64,000 nt of DNA from an uncultured Actinomycetes bacterium (GTDB taxonomy: Bacteria; Actinomycetota; Thermoleophilia; RBG-16-64-13), in contig CAWJDT010000001.1 of assembly GCA_963841735.1 (NCBI GenBank), forward strand, positions 320,001 to 384,000. The letters run 5' to 3'. Below the pieces are notes generated by a model. It was given only the letters and a program-made list of their open reading frames with translations, ran no database searches and was not told the DNA's origin. Position numbers and translations under genes: made by a program. Every line of letters starts with the position of its first letter. The stretch's first letter is position 1. Below, one piece after another: positions 32,763-42,253 of this stretch.

Positions 32763-32797
32763 GAGGGAGGCCATGAAAATGGCCTCCCTCTCTTTTT
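32763..32797 (+). terminator. Rho-independent terminator
   Basis: GAGGGAGGCCAT-GAAA-ATGGCCTCCCTC followed by TCTTTTT. Confidence 0.85.
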
Positions 32798-32830
32798 GCC
32801 CTCGACCAAGCATAGCGGCGAGGTCGAAAA

Positions 32831-35053
32831 TCACGTCAGCGCCCGCGCCAGCACTTCGATAGGGTGCACCACCCTTCGTCCGGTCCCCGACTCGATCTGC
32901 GAACGACACGAGATGCCGCAAGCGGCAACATCCCCCGGATGAGCTTTGAGTCGTTCGAAAAGCTGAGCGCCGATTGCCCTCGAGAGCGTCGAGTACTCTT
33001 TCTTGTAGCCAAACGAGCCCACCATGCCGCAGCAAAGCACCTCGACCTCATTGACGGTTACTCCGGGGATAAGACGGAGTAGTTCGGCAGGGTACGAGCC
33101 GATGCCTAGGCTCTTCTGGTGGCAGTGGCCGTGCACGACATAGGTTTCCGGCAACGTTTCGAGCCGAAGATTCAGCCGCCCGGCCCGGGCAAGCATGACA
33201 AGGTACTCCGTGATGTCGTAGCTATGCTCGGCAACGTGACGACCACGGTCGTCGCTCCGATACGTCATGGCTTCCAGCAATCTCGCATAGTCGTCACGCA
33301 CGGCCGAAAGGCAAGAGGGTTCGATGAACACCACCTCATAGCCTTGGTCCACCAGACTGCCGAGCTGGGCGATGTTCTTGACGGCCCACTCTCGGGGCTT
33401 GTCCAACAACCCTTGGCTAAGGGCCGCTCTTCCACAACATGAGTTGTGAGCGACGATGACCTCCAAACCCGCGTGCTCAAGAACCTCCACCGCGGCCTGT
33501 CCCACCTGAGGCAGGTTGTGATTCATGAAGCAGTCGACGAAGAGGGCCACGCGTCCGGTCGGGCCAGGCGCCTCAGCGGCCGGACCCGGGACCTCCGCGG
33601 TCGGAGCCATGGCCTCCATAACGGGAGTCGGCGGCGGCGCGGTCGTGCGCCCGGCGGCCTTTCGGTGCTCCCACCAGTCGCGGAACGTTTCTCTTTCGTA
33701 GGCCGGCATCGCGCGTGAGGGATCGATGCCTAGCAGACCAAAGGACAACCGTGCGGGCGGCGTGCGCATCAGCGCATTGCCGGCGGGAGCAAAGGCGCTG
33801 AGGGTCTTGCCCATCAGGTCTGTGCGGGCGAACACCCGCTGCCTCATGCCCGGGCCATACTCATTGTTGTTCCGCTCCCGGACCACTGTGTTCAGCCAGG
33901 GGATATCGATCTTCACCGGACAGACCTCCGTGCACCGCGAGCAGGTGGTACAAAGCCCGTTGAAATCCCGCGCGAGAGAATGGCCCTTGGTCACGTAGGT
34001 CCAGGCGCAGCCTATGCCTCCCGGGTAGGGGTCACCTCCGTACACGTGACCCCCGACCAAGGTATACGGAGCGCACGTGTTAAGACACGCGCCACACCGG
34101 ATGCACCTCAGAAGCTCCCGCAGTTCGCTGTCTTCAAGAGCTTGGGTCCGTCCGTTATCCAGAATGATGAGATGAAACTCCCGCCGCCTGCCGGCCGGCT
34201 GCCCCAAGAGTGGAGACGCCTGGCGTCCAGTGACAAGCGACACGTAGCTGGTCATCTTCTGTCCGGTGGCACTACGCGGAAGAAGCTCGAGAAACACAGC
34301 GAGATCCAACAGCCTGGGGATCAGTTTCTCCCGACCCACGACGGCCACGTGGATAGGCGGAAGCAGCGTGGTCAGACTGGCGTTTCCTTCGTTCTCCACA
34401 AGGACGATGGACCCCGTCTCGGCGATGGCGAAGTTCGCGCCGGTGATCCCCATGCCGGCTCGAAGAAAGTGTCGGCGCAGGTCTTCTCGCACCAGCCTCG
34501 TCAGACCCTCCGCGTCGGCGGGCGGATCGGCGATGCCCATCTTCTCCGAGAAGAGGCGGATGATCTCTTCCTTGCTCTTGTGGATGGCGGGCACCACGAG
34601 ATGGCTCGGGCGCTCTCCGGCCAGCTGGATGATCCGCTCGCCCAGGTCGCCCTCTACGACGCTGAGCCCGGCGCTCTCGAGAGCGTGGCCAAGGCCGATC
34701 TCCTCTGAAGTCATCGATTTTGACTTGACCACAAGGTCTACCGACCGCTCCCGCGCAAGGTCGCAGATGTAGTCGCAGGCGGCCTGACCATCCGCCGCGC
34801 GCACGATGACCGCTCCGGCGGCCTCGGCCTTGCTCTCGAATTCAGCAAGCAACTCGTCGTGCCTGTTAAGCGCCTCGTCTTTGATGGCCCTCGCCCGCTC
34901 GCGCAGTTCTTCGAACCCAGATCGGGGGGGCCAGGCCGTCGCCCGCCGCTCGAGCATGGTGCCCATGGCCCGGCTCATCGCGTCCCTCAAGATGGGGTTG
35001 GCCAGAGCAACATCGATCTCGCCGCCGATGTCTCTATCATGTGACTTAGCCAT
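32831..35053 (-). CDS. lutB: LutB/LldF lactate-utilisation Fe-S protein fused to a CCG (LutA/GlcF-like) domain
   Basis: VKSKSMTSEE, GITGANF, ENEGNA, CIRCGACLNTC, CTTCSRCTEVCP, then SCCG, EPSC, HGHCH and LCCG. Confidence 0.85.
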   Translation of the reverse strand: MAKSHDRDIGGEIDVALANPILRDAMSRAMGTMLERRATAWPPRSGFEELRERARAIKDEALNRHDELLAEFESKAEAAGAVIVRAADGQAACDYICDLARERSVDLVVKSKSMTSEEIGLGHALESAGLSVVEGDLGERIIQLAGERPSHLVVPAIHKSKEEIIRLFSEKMGIADPPADAEGLTRLVREDLRRHFLRAGMGITGANFAIAETGSIVLVENEGNASLTTLLPPIHVAVVGREKLIPRLLDLAVFLELLPRSATGQKMTSYVSLVTGRQASPLLGQPAGRRREFHLIILDNGRTQALEDSELRELLRCIRCGACLNTCAPYTLVGGHVYGGDPYPGGIGCAWTYVTKGHSLARDFNGLCTTCSRCTEVCPVKIDIPWLNTVVRERNNNEYGPGMRQRVFARTDLMGKTLSAFAPAGNALMRTPPARLSFGLLGIDPSRAMPAYERETFRDWWEHRKAAGRTTAPPPTPVMEAMAPTAEVPGPAAEAPGPTGRVALFVDCFMNHNLPQVGQAAVEVLEHAGLEVIVAHNSCCGRAALSQGLLDKPREWAVKNIAQLGSLVDQGYEVVFIEPSCLSAVRDDYARLLEAMTYRSDDRGRHVAEHSYDITEYLVMLARAGRLNLRLETLPETYVVHGHCHQKSLGIGSYPAELLRLIPGVTVNEVEVLCCGMVGSFGYKKEYSTLSRAIGAQLFERLKAHPGDVAACGISCRSQIESGTGRRVVHPIEVLARALT

Positions 35054-35582
35054 CGATGACCACCACATCCAACCTCAGAGGTCCGTGCACCCCGATGACG
35101 GGAGTGAGTTCGATATCCGAAGTGCGAGACGGGCCTGTGATGAAGACAAAGCGAGAACCTGGTTCGCCCACCTGCGAGGCGACGGAAGCAAGAACCGTCC
35201 CTAGATCCGGCTCAAGGCGAGAGGCGGGCAGCAAGGCCACATGGTGCGGAGGCAGAATGGAGACGAATCCCTCCAGGCCCAGCCCCGGTCCCATTAGAAT
35301 GGTGCCCGACGCCGCGACTCCCGCGAGCGCCTGACTGATTCCGGCGTCGGCTCCGGGAAGGACCGCTCCCGCCCGGTCGCTTCCGTCGTCGCAGACTATC
35401 TTGACACCTCGGCTCCGCAGCTCCTCAACAACGCCCTCGATCCCGGCGGCCGCGACCACGAAGTCGTCGTCCTTCAAGAGCTCGACGAGTTTGGTGCTCA
35501 CCTCATCTTCGGAAACTAGGTGAGCACCGGCTCCCACAGCCTCGCACTCTCGGACGAATCGGGCGATCAACGCCTCATCCAC
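35046..35582 (-). CDS. lutC: LutC/LUD-domain lactate-utilisation protein
   Basis: FITGPSRTSDIELTPVIGVHGP. Confidence 0.88.
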   Translation of the reverse strand: MDEALIARFVRECEAVGAGAHLVSEDEVSTKLVELLKDDDFVVAAAGIEGVVEELRSRGVKIVCDDGSDRAGAVLPGADAGISQALAGVAASGTILMGPGLGLEGFVSILPPHHVALLPASRLEPDLGTVLASVASQVGEPGSRFVFITGPSRTSDIELTPVIGVHGPLRLDVVVIDG

Positions 35583-35597
35583 AACGTCACCCGCTCC

Positions 35598-37061
35598 CTA
35601 TTGCGCCCCTTGGTCGTATTGCAGGTAGACCACATGGCTCTGCAGATATTCCTCGAGGCCATGTTTGCCGTCGGCCCCGCCTATGCCCGACTTGCGCCAG
35701 CCGGCATGGAAGCCCTGCATGGCCTCGAAGTTCTCCCGATTGACGTAGGTCTCGCCGAACTTGAGTTCTTTGCAGGCCCGCATGGCCACGTCGATGCTCT
35801 TGGTATAGATGGACGAGGTGAGGCCGAATTCGCAGTCATTGGCCAGCTCGATAGCTTCGTCCAGGTCCTTGAAGGTGGTGATGGGCAGCACCGGGCCGAA
35901 GATCTCCTGCTGCATGATCGCAGTCTCCTGCCGACAGCCGGTGAGCACCGTCGGCTCGAAGTAGAATCCCGGCCTCTGTTCGGCCCGCCTGCCGCCCAAC
36001 AGGCACGTAGCCCCGTCCGCAAGCGCCTGCGCGACGGCCGCCTCCACGCTTTCAAGCTGCGCCTTGCTGACCAAGGGCCCCATGTCCAAAGTGTCGTCCT
36101 GCAGCGGATCACCGTAACGCACCGCCTCCATGGCCGCCACGACCTTCGTGACGAACGCGTCGGCAACGGCCTCGTGCACATACACCCGCTCGGCACAGTT
36201 GCACACTTGGCCGGTGTTGATGATCCGCGAGTCGCAGATGGCCCGAGCCGCCAGATCCAAGTCGGCGTCGGCCATGACGATAGCCGGTGCCTTGCCGCCC
36301 AACTCCAGGGAGACCTTGGTGACGTTGTCCGCGGCCGCGTGCATGATCTTGACGCCCCCCTCCACGCTGCCCGTCATGCTGACCATGTCGACGCGGGGGT
36401 GGCCGGCAAGCGCGTGGCCCACGACAGCTCCAGCGCCCGACACCAGGTTGAACACGCCCTTCGGGAGGGAGCTCTCAGCGACGATGGCCGCGAATTCAAA
36501 GGCGTTGTTGGGCGTCTCGCTACTGGGCTTGATGACTATGGTGTTGCCCGTCACCAATGCCGGGGCCAGCTTGCGGGCGATGAGGAAAAAGGGGAAGTTC
36601 CAGGGCAGGATCCCCGCCACCACACCGATGGGGAGCTTAAACAGCAGGATATTCTCGTTGGGACGATCACTCTGAATGATCTCTCCCTCGTAGCGCCGGG
36701 CGAACTCGGCCATGTAGTCGAGGTAGTCAGCGGTGAAGAGGACCTCCACCTTGGCCAGCGGCATGACCTTGCCCTGCTCCTCGGCGATGATGCGGGCCAG
36801 GAAGTCCGCCTTGGCCCGGATGCCCTGGGCGATCTCGCGCAGGTAGCCGGCGCGCTCGATGGCCGGCCGCTTCGCCCAAGCCTTCTGGGCCCTCTCCGCG
36901 GCCAGCACGGCGGCATTTACATGCTTGGCACTCCCGGCCGGTACCTCAGACACCACCGCCTCGGTGGCAGGGTTGACCACCTGGATCATCGGCGTGTCCT
37001 CGTGGACAAACTCCCCGTCGATGAACATCTCGTACCGTTTCAACTGGGGTACCTCCCTCAC
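35598..37061 (-). CDS. aldA: NAD-dependent aldehyde dehydrogenase, lactaldehyde dehydrogenase-like
   Basis: ILPWNFPFFLIARK, LELGGKAP, NTGQVCNC, EIFGPV, ENFEAMQGFHAGW; directly downstream of rhaI. Confidence 0.88.
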   Translation of the reverse strand: MREVPQLKRYEMFIDGEFVHEDTPMIQVVNPATEAVVSEVPAGSAKHVNAAVLAAERAQKAWAKRPAIERAGYLREIAQGIRAKADFLARIIAEEQGKVMPLAKVEVLFTADYLDYMAEFARRYEGEIIQSDRPNENILLFKLPIGVVAGILPWNFPFFLIARKLAPALVTGNTIVIKPSSETPNNAFEFAAIVAESSLPKGVFNLVSGAGAVVGHALAGHPRVDMVSMTGSVEGGVKIMHAAADNVTKVSLELGGKAPAIVMADADLDLAARAICDSRIINTGQVCNCAERVYVHEAVADAFVTKVVAAMEAVRYGDPLQDDTLDMGPLVSKAQLESVEAAVAQALADGATCLLGGRRAEQRPGFYFEPTVLTGCRQETAIMQQEIFGPVLPITTFKDLDEAIELANDCEFGLTSSIYTKSIDVAMRACKELKFGETYVNRENFEAMQGFHAGWRKSGIGGADGKHGLEEYLQSHVVYLQYDQGAQ

Positions 37062-38167
37062 CTGAGTTGCGTTGCCCTCACAGCCGCGAGCGGGTCTGCC
37101 TCCGCGCCCAGGCTAACCCGCGCCTGCGCACACAATCCGCGGACGTCCGTCGCGAAAGCATCTAGAAGAAGACGGTGTGCACCGAGGATGTCACCGTTCG
37201 CCTGGGCCGCCCGCAGCGCGTCCCGGTCGACCAGGAGAGCCTTAGCGTACGCCTCCTGGACGTTGAGTACGCTGAGGACGATCGCCTCCACCTTGGGCTC
37301 GATGCTGTGAGACTGATCTATGGTCAGTCGCGGCAACGGCCCGCCATCTGCAGTCAACTCGACAAACACCATGAAGAGCCCGAAGGGATCGACCGAGCCC
37401 ACTATGAGGTCGTCGTCGGCGTAGCGCCGGGCATTGAGGTGGATTCCGCCGAGGCGCTCTTCCATGGCCAGCAAGGCCACGATCTGCTCCACGTTCACAC
37501 CGTGCAGATGGTGTCCCAGATCGACGAGCACCCGCGCCCGCTCACCCAGCGACCGGCAGAGCAGCAGAGCCGAGCCCCAATCGGCCAGATCGGTGGCATA
37601 AAACGCGGGCTCGAACGGCTTGTACTCCACCAGAAGCTCTTGACCGGCAGGCAGGGCGGCATAGAGAACCTCCAGCGCGGCGAGCATGCGCCGCCTGCGC
37701 TCGCGTAGGTCGTCCTGGCCGGCATAGTTGGTGCCATCGGCAAACCAGAGCGACTGGGCCGTGGATCCGAGTTCAGCGGCGATACGCACGCAGTCGAGCA
37801 GGTGGTCCAGCGCCTTGGCTCTGACTCTTGCATCGGGATTTGTGACCGACCCGATGCGATAGTCAGGGTCCTGGAAAAGGTTGGCGTTGACCGCTCCGGC
37901 CCGCATCCCCCGCGATTCGATATGGGAGCGCAGCCCCGTCAGATCGTCTACTGCGTCCCAGGGAAAATGCAGAGCCACAGCAGGTGCGGTTCCGGTAAGC
38001 CGGTGCACCTCAGCCGCACGGTCTACCCTCTCGAACACATCCCGGGGCCCGTCTATCTGCGGAAACACACAGAATCGCGTGCCCGAGTCGGCGTAGCCCC
38101 AAGAGGGCGTCTCGATCTCCAGCTTGGCCAAGCGCTCTCTAACAGCGGTCTCGCTCAGTATGCTCAA
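37058..38167 (-). CDS. rhaI: L-rhamnose isomerase (actinobacterial RhaI type)
   Basis: IETPSWGY..SGTRF, LHFPWD, WFADGTNY, EYKPFEPAFY, DLGHH, YADDDL, IDQSH. Confidence 0.9.
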   Translation of the reverse strand: MSILSETAVRERLAKLEIETPSWGYADSGTRFCVFPQIDGPRDVFERVDRAAEVHRLTGTAPAVALHFPWDAVDDLTGLRSHIESRGMRAGAVNANLFQDPDYRIGSVTNPDARVRAKALDHLLDCVRIAAELGSTAQSLWFADGTNYAGQDDLRERRRRMLAALEVLYAALPAGQELLVEYKPFEPAFYATDLADWGSALLLCRSLGERARVLVDLGHHLHGVNVEQIVALLAMEERLGGIHLNARRYADDDLIVGSVDPFGLFMVFVELTADGGPLPRLTIDQSHSIEPKVEAIVLSVLNVQEAYAKALLVDRDALRAAQANGDILGAHRLLLDAFATDVRGLCAQARVSLGAEADPLAAVRATQLR

Positions 38168-39681
38168 GTACTCCTCCTATGCTCTCTTCCCACTCGACCA
38201 GGGTGCGAAAGGCCGGTGACCTTCAAGAATCGCTCGTAGGTATCGTCGCAAGCCGGCCCATCAGCCGCGGGAAGGTAGCGCTCGACCGCGACTGAGGCCC
38301 GAGCGACCTCCCTCATCTCCTCTTCCCCTGCGAGGTAGCCAAGCGAAACCGCCTGCATCAGCACATTCCCAAGCGCTGAGGCCTCGGCCGGCCCGGCGAC
38401 GACTTCGCGGCGCGTGATATCCGCGGTCAACTGGCAAAGCAACCTATTGCGGGTGCCGCCTCCCACTGCATGGATCACCTGGATAGTCCGGCCGCTGCAC
38501 CGCTCAAGATCCTCGATGACCAGCCGGTACTTGCAGGCCAGAGAGACGAGGATCGCCCGCACCAGAGCCCCCCTACTCTCCGGGCCGGCTTGGCCGCTCT
38601 TTTCGATCAGCGCCGCGATCCTACCGGGCATGTCTCCCGGGTAGGCGAGAGACGGTTCGTCCGGATCGAACAAGGACGTCTGCCCTTCTGCCGACGCGGC
38701 CAGAGTGGCAAGCTCGTCGTAGCTGGGCGGGGTTGCTCCTTCGCCCCAAGCGGCGCGGCACTGCTGCAGCAGCCAAAGTCCCATGACGTTGCGAAGCAGA
38801 CGCACCTTGCCGAACACGCCCCGCTCATTCGACAGGTCGGCAAGCCGGGCCGCCTCGGTCAACACGGGGGCGTCCAGCTCGAGGCCCACCAACGACCAGG
38901 TGCCCGATGCCAGAATCGCCGCGCCGGGCGTGCTCAAAGGCACTCCCGCAAACGCCGCGGCTGTGTCATGCGCCGCTGTGGCGATCACGGAAACTCCTCC
39001 CGGGAGGTGAAGATCCTCGGCATGCGTGGCCAGCAACGGTCCGAGTACCGTCCCGGCATCGACCAAGTCACCAAAGACGCGCGCCGGCAACCCGAGGCGG
39101 TCGATGATCTCGCCCGCCCAGAGGCCGCTCTGCGCCTCCAACAGCCCGGTGGTCGAGGCTGCCGTCCGCTCGTTTGCCACTACCCCGCAGAGCCAGAAGC
39201 TCAGCAGGTCGGAGATGAGGGCTACGCGGTGCGCAGCTCCAAAGGTCGGCGCCGTCTCCTCGGCGAGCAACTGGTACACAGTGTTAATGGGCATCGACCG
39301 GATGCCTGTTATCTGATACATGCGGTCTTTCGGTACGCGTTGAGCGGCAAGGTCGACCATGCCCTCGGTGCGTCGATCGCGATAGTGGAAGGGCGGCCCG
39401 AGCAGCGCCAGACTCTCGTCCAGCAGGCCATAGTCGACGCCCCACGAATCGACGGCGATGCTGTGGATGCGATGAGCCCGTCCCGCCAAGCCGATGCCCG
39501 CAAGGCTCTGCCGGTAGAGTTCGTGGATGTTCCAATGCAGCCCGTCGGGCAGTTGGTCGGGCCGATTTGCGAACCGGCTCACCTCTTCGAGTCTGACGGT
39601 GCCGCCCTCGAACCGTCCCAAGACGACTCGCCCGGACTCGGCGCCCAGGTCGATCGCGACAAATGCCACGTTAGCGTTCAC
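38164..39681 (-). CDS. rhaB: Rhamnulokinase
   Basis: AIDLGAESGR, DSWGVDYG, HYRDRRT, HDTA, SGTWSLVG, LRNVMGLW. Start taken at GTG 39681 after AGAGG. Confidence 0.92.
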   Translation of the reverse strand: MNANVAFVAIDLGAESGRVVLGRFEGGTVRLEEVSRFANRPDQLPDGLHWNIHELYRQSLAGIGLAGRAHRIHSIAVDSWGVDYGLLDESLALLGPPFHYRDRRTEGMVDLAAQRVPKDRMYQITGIRSMPINTVYQLLAEETAPTFGAAHRVALISDLLSFWLCGVVANERTAASTTGLLEAQSGLWAGEIIDRLGLPARVFGDLVDAGTVLGPLLATHAEDLHLPGGVSVIATAAHDTAAAFAGVPLSTPGAAILASGTWSLVGLELDAPVLTEAARLADLSNERGVFGKVRLLRNVMGLWLLQQCRAAWGEGATPPSYDELATLAASAEGQTSLFDPDEPSLAYPGDMPGRIAALIEKSGQAGPESRGALVRAILVSLACKYRLVIEDLERCSGRTIQVIHAVGGGTRNRLLCQLTADITRREVVAGPAEASALGNVLMQAVSLGYLAGEEEMREVARASVAVERYLPAADGPACDDTYERFLKVTGLSHPGRVGREHRRST

Positions 39682-39884
39682 ATGCAACCTCTGTAACCGG
39701 CCGTCGGGTGAATCAAGCACGGTGACTGAAGTTTAGGCGAAGCGAGCGACGGCCGCAAGGACGCCGCGCCAAATCGAAACCGTCGTCCACGTTCCGGCGG
39801 CTTGTTGCCCAATCACGAATGGGATAGATTGTGGCTTGAAACACCAATTGCGCGGGCACTTACGCAGACCAGAGGGGCGACCAT

Positions 39885-40661
39885 ATGAAACGGGCGCTAG
39901 AGAACATAGCGGAGATCGCGGGACTGATTTCGGAGCGGGGGTGGGCCGAGCGCAACGCCGGCAACGTGTCTATTGACGTGACCGACGAGTGCAGGTCACG
40001 AGAGAAGCGCGGCGTCGAGTCCGCCAAAGTGAAGACGGCCAAGAAGTACCCAGAACTTGCCGGGCGCTGCTTCCTGGTGACCGCCACGGGCTCCCGCTTC
40101 AGGGACATCGCGAAGCGACCGGAAGAACACGTGTACATCGCGAGGATCGCCGATGATCTGGACGGCTATCACGTAGTGAGCGGGTCGGCCAACGGTGGGG
40201 GTGGCCCGACGTCGGAGTTCCCCTCACACCTCGGCATCCACGCCCATCTGCGGCGAAACGACCCCACCAAGAAGGTGGTCCTGCACACCCACCCCGATAG
40301 CCTGCTGGCGCTGACCCACATCCGCCAATATCTGGCTGAAGACGCGCTGAATCACCTGCTCTGGTCCATGCACCCGGAGATGAGGATCGTCATGCCCGAC
40401 GGCCTGGGTGTGGTGCCCTACGGCCTGCCCGGAAGCGAAGACCTGGCCGACAGCACCGTCAAGGTCCTGGAGAAGCACCGCATGGTGTTGTGGGAGAAAC
40501 ACGGCTGCGTCGCGGTCGGACAGGATGTTTTCGATGCATTCGACCTCATCGACACGGCCAACAAGTCGGCCAACGTATTCTTCATCGTGAAGAGCGCAGG
40601 CTTCGAGCCCGAAGGGCTTTCCACGGCCCAACTGGACGAGCTCGCCACCTGGGGCTCGTAG
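39885..40661 (+). CDS. rhaD: Rhamnulose-1-phosphate aldolase
   Basis: GWAERNAGNVS, PTSEFPSH, LHTHP, WEKHG. Confidence 0.9.
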   Translation: MKRALENIAEIAGLISERGWAERNAGNVSIDVTDECRSREKRGVESAKVKTAKKYPELAGRCFLVTATGSRFRDIAKRPEEHVYIARIADDLDGYHVVSGSANGGGGPTSEFPSHLGIHAHLRRNDPTKKVVLHTHPDSLLALTHIRQYLAEDALNHLLWSMHPEMRIVMPDGLGVVPYGLPGSEDLADSTVKVLEKHRMVLWEKHGCVAVGQDVFDAFDLIDTANKSANVFFIVKSAGFEPEGLSTAQLDELATWGS

Positions 40662-40763
40662 ATCTGACCGACGAGAGGCTCTCGGCTGCGCCTTCTCTAT
40701 GGTCGGCGTGCTCCACTGCCGAGCCTCCGCGTCGGCAACAAAGTGCGGGGGCGCATATGGGCT

Positions 40764-42236
40764 TTACGCGTGGTGGGCTTGTGCCGTGGGGCCTGCGCCG
40801 CCATCGGCGACATGAACCACTCTTCGCAGTGCCGGGTAGAGGCTCCGGAAGCGCGCATACAACTCGTCATAGCGATCTGCCCAGCGCGCGTCAGGCTCGA
40901 CGGTCCCGCTCACGCGCACGCAGCGGGACACGGCATCCTCAGCATCGCTGAAGACACCGGCCGAGATACCCCCAAGCAGCGCCGCTCCAAAGGCCGCGCC
41001 CGCGGAACTCGCCGTACGATCGAGCGGTAGCCGCAGAACTGAGGCGACGATCCTGAGCCAGAGCTCGCTCTCGGCACCTCCACCGGAAACGCGCACCGAA
41101 CCTGACCTCACGCCGAGCGAGCGCATGAGCTCCAGAGAGTCTCGCAGCCCAAAGGCCACACCTTCAAGCACCGAGCGGCAGAGCGCGCCCCGGTCGTGGC
41201 GTAGGTCGAGCCCACAAAAGGCTCCCCTGATGTCGGGGTCGGCGTGCGGGGTGCGCTCACCCGAGAGGTAGGGAGCAAAGGATAGGCCTTCGCATCCGGG
41301 AGGCCACGCCTCAGCCTCCTTAAGCAGCTCCTCATACGAGCCACCGAGGACACCTCTGAGCCAGCCAAGTGAACCAGCCGCTGAGAGCATGACTCCCATC
41401 GCGTGCCAAGTGTCGGGGACTGCGTGGCAGAAAACGTGCAGACGCGCCTGCTGGTCGGAGACATAGGCAGGGAGTGCCGAGAAGACCACGCCCGAGGTAC
41501 CGAGCACCACCGAGAGCGGCCCAGGCCTGACGACACCGACTCCGAGAGCCCCCGCGGCCTGGTCACCCGCGCCCGCCGCCACCGGGATCCCCGCCTGCGT
41601 TCGGCCGGAACGCTCCTGCGACTCGAGGGCTTGTGGAAGCCAGGCGACCGGCACCTCGAACGCCTCCAAGAGCTCTTCGCTCCAACTTCTCGCGGCCACG
41701 TCGAAGAGGAGAGTACCCGAGGCATCGGACACGTCGGTCGCGTGTTCGCCCGTGAGCCTCAGACGTACGTAGTCCTTTGGCAGGCAGATGTGCGCGATCT
41801 CGCCGTAGATGTCAGGCTCGTGGGCGCGCAGCCAGAGCAGCTTCGGTGCCGTGAATCCCGTCAATGCCCGGTTGCCGGTCAGCTCGATCAATCGTTCCAG
41901 TCCCAGCCTGCGCTCGATTTCCGAGCACTCAGCGCCGGTGCGTTGGTCGTTCCAGAGGATGGCAGGCCGCAGCACGCGGTCGTGTCTGTCGAGACATACG
42001 AGCCCGTGCATCTGGCCCGTGAGACCTATTGCCGCCGGCTCACCCTCGAGGCGCGCGAGCGCACGCTGCGTCGCGCTCCACCAAACACCGGGGTCCTGCT
42101 CCGCCCAACCAGGCCTGGGACTCTGGAGTTCGTACTGCTCTGAGACCTCCCCCGTCACCTCACCATCGGCCGTGACTGCAACCGCTTTGACGCTTGTTGT
42201 GCCGATGTCGAGACCGATGAGTATCTGTTGGGGCAT
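40764..42236 (-). CDS. xylB: Xylulokinase (FGGY family)
   Basis: GLDIGTTSVK, GQMHG, ILWNDQRT, DASGT, GAGDQAA, LGTSG, PYLSGERTP. Confidence 0.88.
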   Translation of the reverse strand: MPQQILIGLDIGTTSVKAVAVTADGEVTGEVSEQYELQSPRPGWAEQDPGVWWSATQRALARLEGEPAAIGLTGQMHGLVCLDRHDRVLRPAILWNDQRTGAECSEIERRLGLERLIELTGNRALTGFTAPKLLWLRAHEPDIYGEIAHICLPKDYVRLRLTGEHATDVSDASGTLLFDVAARSWSEELLEAFEVPVAWLPQALESQERSGRTQAGIPVAAGAGDQAAGALGVGVVRPGPLSVVLGTSGVVFSALPAYVSDQQARLHVFCHAVPDTWHAMGVMLSAAGSLGWLRGVLGGSYEELLKEAEAWPPGCEGLSFAPYLSGERTPHADPDIRGAFCGLDLRHDRGALCRSVLEGVAFGLRDSLELMRSLGVRSGSVRVSGGGAESELWLRIVASVLRLPLDRTASSAGAAFGAALLGGISAGVFSDAEDAVSRCVRVSGTVEPDARWADRYDELYARFRSLYPALRRVVHVADGGAGPTAQAHHA

Positions 42237-42253
42237 CGTCCCAGCGCCGAGGG

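Noticed and set aside
35520-37310. 596-aa plus-strand ORF, and similar long ORFs at 24531..26186, 17467..18855, 38470..39696 and 155..604
   Set aside because: These are antisense shadows of well-supported minus-strand genes, common in high-GC DNA, and carry no recognisable motifs.
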